64,000 nucleotides of DNA from the IMG/VR virus record IMGVR_UViG_3300035698_035310, positions 1 through 64,000 of that record; one strand, given 5' to 3'. Positions 61,387 through 64,000 of the stretch are shown here, piece by piece. Below the pieces are notes generated by a model. That model did not search any database. It had not been told where the DNA came from and saw only the letters and a program-made list of their open reading frames with translations. Position 1 is the stretch's first letter. Every line of letters starts with the position of its first letter. The position numbers and the translations under genes are program-made.

Positions 61387-61397
61387 CACTTGACATG

Positions 61398-61435
61398 TTG
61401 GGTGGTCATGTTAATATATGATCACCCAATATTAT
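61398..61435 (+). terminator. Terminator-like hairpin overlapping a TTGACA promoter (61390)
   Basis: ttgggtggtcat/atgatcacccaa. Confidence 0.55.
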
Positions 61436-61451
61436 TTTATAAGGAGTTATT

Positions 61452-61802
61452 ATGGAAGAAAATACGTATACTGTAAAACAATCACCAAATGGATCGACGC
61501 ATTGGTATGATGAAGATGGAGCATTGCATTGTATCGGTGCACCTGCTATTATTACACTCAGCAAAGGTTTAATGATTAGTGAAGAATGGTATAAGCATGG
61601 TAGATTGCATAATTTAAACGGACATGCAAGAATTGGCTACAAACAAAACGCCGATGGTGATATGGATGTGACGTGGTCGCAACATTGGATTGATGGTGAA
61701 CAATTGTCGGAAAAAGAATTCACCGAACAGACCACTGTTAAACAAATGACCATGGATGAAATAAACACTAAGTTGGGTTGTATTGTTGATATTGTTGAAT
61801 AA
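61452..61802 (+). CDS. LH(R/C)..GPA-repeat hypothetical protein
   Basis: LHCIGAPAI, EWYKHGRLHNLNGHA. Confidence 0.6.
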   Translation: MEENTYTVKQSPNGSTHWYDEDGALHCIGAPAIITLSKGLMISEEWYKHGRLHNLNGHARIGYKQNADGDMDVTWSQHWIDGEQLSEKEFTEQTTVKQMTMDEINTKLGCIVDIVE

Positions 61803-61829
61803 TATTTTTACTAAAGAAAGGATTATAAA

Positions 61830-63383
61830 ATGAAACCATTACATATCGTAATTGCTTTAATTTTAACACTTATTGGTGTTGGAGGAATGGTCGGGTATAA
61901 AGTGTTTGACGATGCTTCGTTGACTGCTTCCACGGATTCCGCTAATGTTCGCGAAACTGTAAATATTGGTGTTGATAGTTGGGCTGGTTATACAGTGTTA
62001 TGTTCAACTGAAACGAGACGATTAGCGCTTGTTGATGGCATTCTTGTAAAGTGTCACGATGATAAAGCCAACTATACAGATCGTATGGCTAAACTAGCCA
62101 GTGAAGAATTGCAAATGGCTGCTGCTGCGGTTGATGGTTATGTTCTTGCAGGTGATGCAGTTAAATATCCGGGCAGTGTTACATTTGTTATCGATGAATC
62201 ACAAGGTGGTGATGTTATTATCGCCAACGCAAGTGTAGCAAAAAATATCAATGATTTGAAAAATCGCAGTGGTGTTAAAATTGCATTTACCCCTGATTCA
62301 CCAAGTCAGACGTTACTTACTAAATGGAGTAGCGACTTTGATGTTAAAATTAATGATCCCAAGGCGATAACATTGGTTCACGCTAATGGTGCAGCAGACG
62401 CTGCTAAAAAACTTCAAAATGGTGAAGTAGATGTTGCAGTTGTTTGGGAACCACACGCATCCAAATTGTTAAGTAATGCAAATTTTGTTAAACTTATTGG
62501 CACAGAAAGCACTAAAAACCTTATCGTTGATGTGTTACTCACCAATCAGCGTTATGCAAAAAGCAATCCAGATGTAATGAAGACGGTTGTTAAATCATAC
62601 TTTTTAGCATTGGAGCATTATAAAACAAACACCAAAGAATTTGATGATGAGATTATTCGTTATGCTGGTGCCAGCCGTGATCAAGTTGACGCAATTAAAG
62701 CGGGTATCAATTGGGTTGATTTACCACACAATGCCGCAGATTGGTTGGGTATTAGTCAAACTGGCGGTAAAGCGCAACGACAGTTGTATGACACCTTCAA
62801 CTCTGCGGTTCGTTTATATGTCAATAGTGGTGATTTTACTACAAGCCCTATTCCTGGTGATGATCCGTTTCGTTTGATTGATTCAAGTGCATTCAATGAC
62901 GTATATACATTGGGAATGACTGGAAAACTTGGTGTTATGTTTCAACCTATCACAGTTATCAAAGACGTTAGTGTTACACGCCCCTTTAAGAAACTTTCAC
63001 CGGGTCGTTGGGCTAAACTTAAAGATATTGGATCATTGAAATTACAAGCTATTACGTTCAAGCGTGGAACATACGAACTTGAATCAACAGGTCAATCCGC
63101 ATTCAAATCATTGGTTGAAATGCTTGAAACATATCCAAATTATCGCATTAAAGTTGTGGGTCATTCGGGCAAGCGCGGAGATCAAGCGGCTAATATGGTT
63201 CTTTCTAAAAAACGTTCTATATCTGCGGCAAAATATTTGATGGACAAATATGGCATTGACAAAAATCGAATTTACGCGTATGGTGTAGGCAATGGACAGC
63301 CACCTCGCCGTGAAACCGGTGAAACGAAACGTGCATATAATGCAAGGTGGCCTCGTGTTGAACTTATTTTAGTGGAAGGATAA
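61830..63383 (+). CDS. Second ABC-type substrate-binding + OmpA-like domain protein
   Basis: N-terminal TM; DES.GGD..I, WEP, VGHS, RRVE-like PRVE. Confidence 0.85.
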   Translation: MKPLHIVIALILTLIGVGGMVGYKVFDDASLTASTDSANVRETVNIGVDSWAGYTVLCSTETRRLALVDGILVKCHDDKANYTDRMAKLASEELQMAAAAVDGYVLAGDAVKYPGSVTFVIDESQGGDVIIANASVAKNINDLKNRSGVKIAFTPDSPSQTLLTKWSSDFDVKINDPKAITLVHANGAADAAKKLQNGEVDVAVVWEPHASKLLSNANFVKLIGTESTKNLIVDVLLTNQRYAKSNPDVMKTVVKSYFLALEHYKTNTKEFDDEIIRYAGASRDQVDAIKAGINWVDLPHNAADWLGISQTGGKAQRQLYDTFNSAVRLYVNSGDFTTSPIPGDDPFRLIDSSAFNDVYTLGMTGKLGVMFQPITVIKDVSVTRPFKKLSPGRWAKLKDIGSLKLQAITFKRGTYELESTGQSAFKSLVEMLETYPNYRIKVVGHSGKRGDQAANMVLSKKRSISAAKYLMDKYGIDKNRIYAYGVGNGQPPRRETGETKRAYNARWPRVELILVEG

Positions 63384-63387
63384 TAAC

Positions 63388-63573
63388 GTGGGCATTTGGA
63401 GAGGTTGCACACAAAAAGATTTGGTCAAGCAGTTTATCATCGATAAAGGCACCCTCGACGCTATATATATTGCTAAACGGTTATGGCCTTCCCATCCACA
63501 ACCATCCGAATGGATTGAGTTTACCGAAGATGATATTAATCAGTTACAACAGTATGAAATGGAGAATAAATGA
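63388..63573 (+). CDS. Small hypothetical protein
   Basis: 61-aa GTG ORF. Confidence 0.4.
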   Translation: MGIWRGCTQKDLVKQFIIDKGTLDAIYIAKRLWPSHPQPSEWIEFTEDDINQLQQYEMENK

Positions 63574-64000
63574 TGGACGCACAATTTATTGATTTATCAC
63601 AGATGACACCGGAAGCGGTTAAAAGCGCAGTGTTTAAAAATACCGCTACTAACCCATTAACGATTTTTCCAATTCTTGCAAGTTTGCCGATATTGGGTGT
63701 TTGGGCGATTTTTGATGCAGGTTTGTTATTTGTTGCGTTAAGTGTTTTATCGGCTGCGGGTGGTGGTAGCATGTTTGCTATAAATTACTTTGGTCGTTAT
63801 GCAGTGTTCTCTAACAAATATTTCATTCAACTTCGAAAAGATAATGAAGCGAAAGCAAAACAGAAACTCGTCGAAGTTGAAGAATTTCTCGATGAACGCG
63901 AATTTGAGCAAGGTGCAAGACAGGTAACTAAATTGCAAGCATCAATGACTGCTTTTGAAAAGGTTCTTGATCGTAAATTTGAACCGCATGAATTTGCACG
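63570..64000 (+). CDS. Two-TM membrane protein, runs off the window
   Basis: GGAG RBS; MMDAQFIDL...; open to window end. Confidence 0.7.
   Translation, partial: MMDAQFIDLSQMTPEAVKSAVFKNTATNPLTIFPILASLPILGVWAIFDAGLLFVALSVLSAAGGGSMFAINYFGRYAVFSNKYFIQLRKDNEAKAKQKLVEVEEFLDEREFEQGARQVTKLQASMTAFEKVLDRKFEPHEFA

Overview
A 64-kb accessory segment of an AT-rich jumbo bacteriophage genome. It uses T4-superfamily-style control: many sigma70-type TTGACA-N16/17-TATAAT promoters plus (T/G/C)ATAAATA late promoters. An alphaproteobacterial host is plausible but is inference only. The window is dominated by translation and RNA functions: EF-G, IF3, bL12, bS21, AspRS, a minimal HisRS-like core, about 40 tRNA genes with several pseudo-tRNAs, a TROVE/Ro60 gene split by a homing endonuclease, five Y-RNA-like (YrlA-type) elements, an HNH-RNA ligase fusion and two 2H phosphoesterases. 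It also carries ClpX, thymidine kinase, a desaturase, sensor-domain proteins, six free-standing endonuclease genes and a TelA/ABC-binding-OmpA/vWA cluster. The strongest unexplained signal is a 53-codon leader ORF (17485-17646) with a mutually exclusive antiterminator/terminator in front of the tRNA array. Apart from one Ser, its amino acids are exactly those for which the array supplies tRNAs (no Ala, Leu, Pro, Glu, Gln, Tyr), which suggests a tRNA-shortage-sensing attenuator. Other strong signals: a ~1.5-kb structured ncRNA island punctuated by AGATCGA upstream of Ro60; a tRNA-Gly with a 98-nt non-group-I intron; a tRNA-Asn with a 35-nt anticodon insertion; a circularly permuted tRNA-like RNA; an amber suppressor tRNA. 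Seven genes have in-frame TAA codons or small frameshifts (real lesions, recoding or assembly error cannot be separated here). All calls are by eye; no database searches or folding programs were run.
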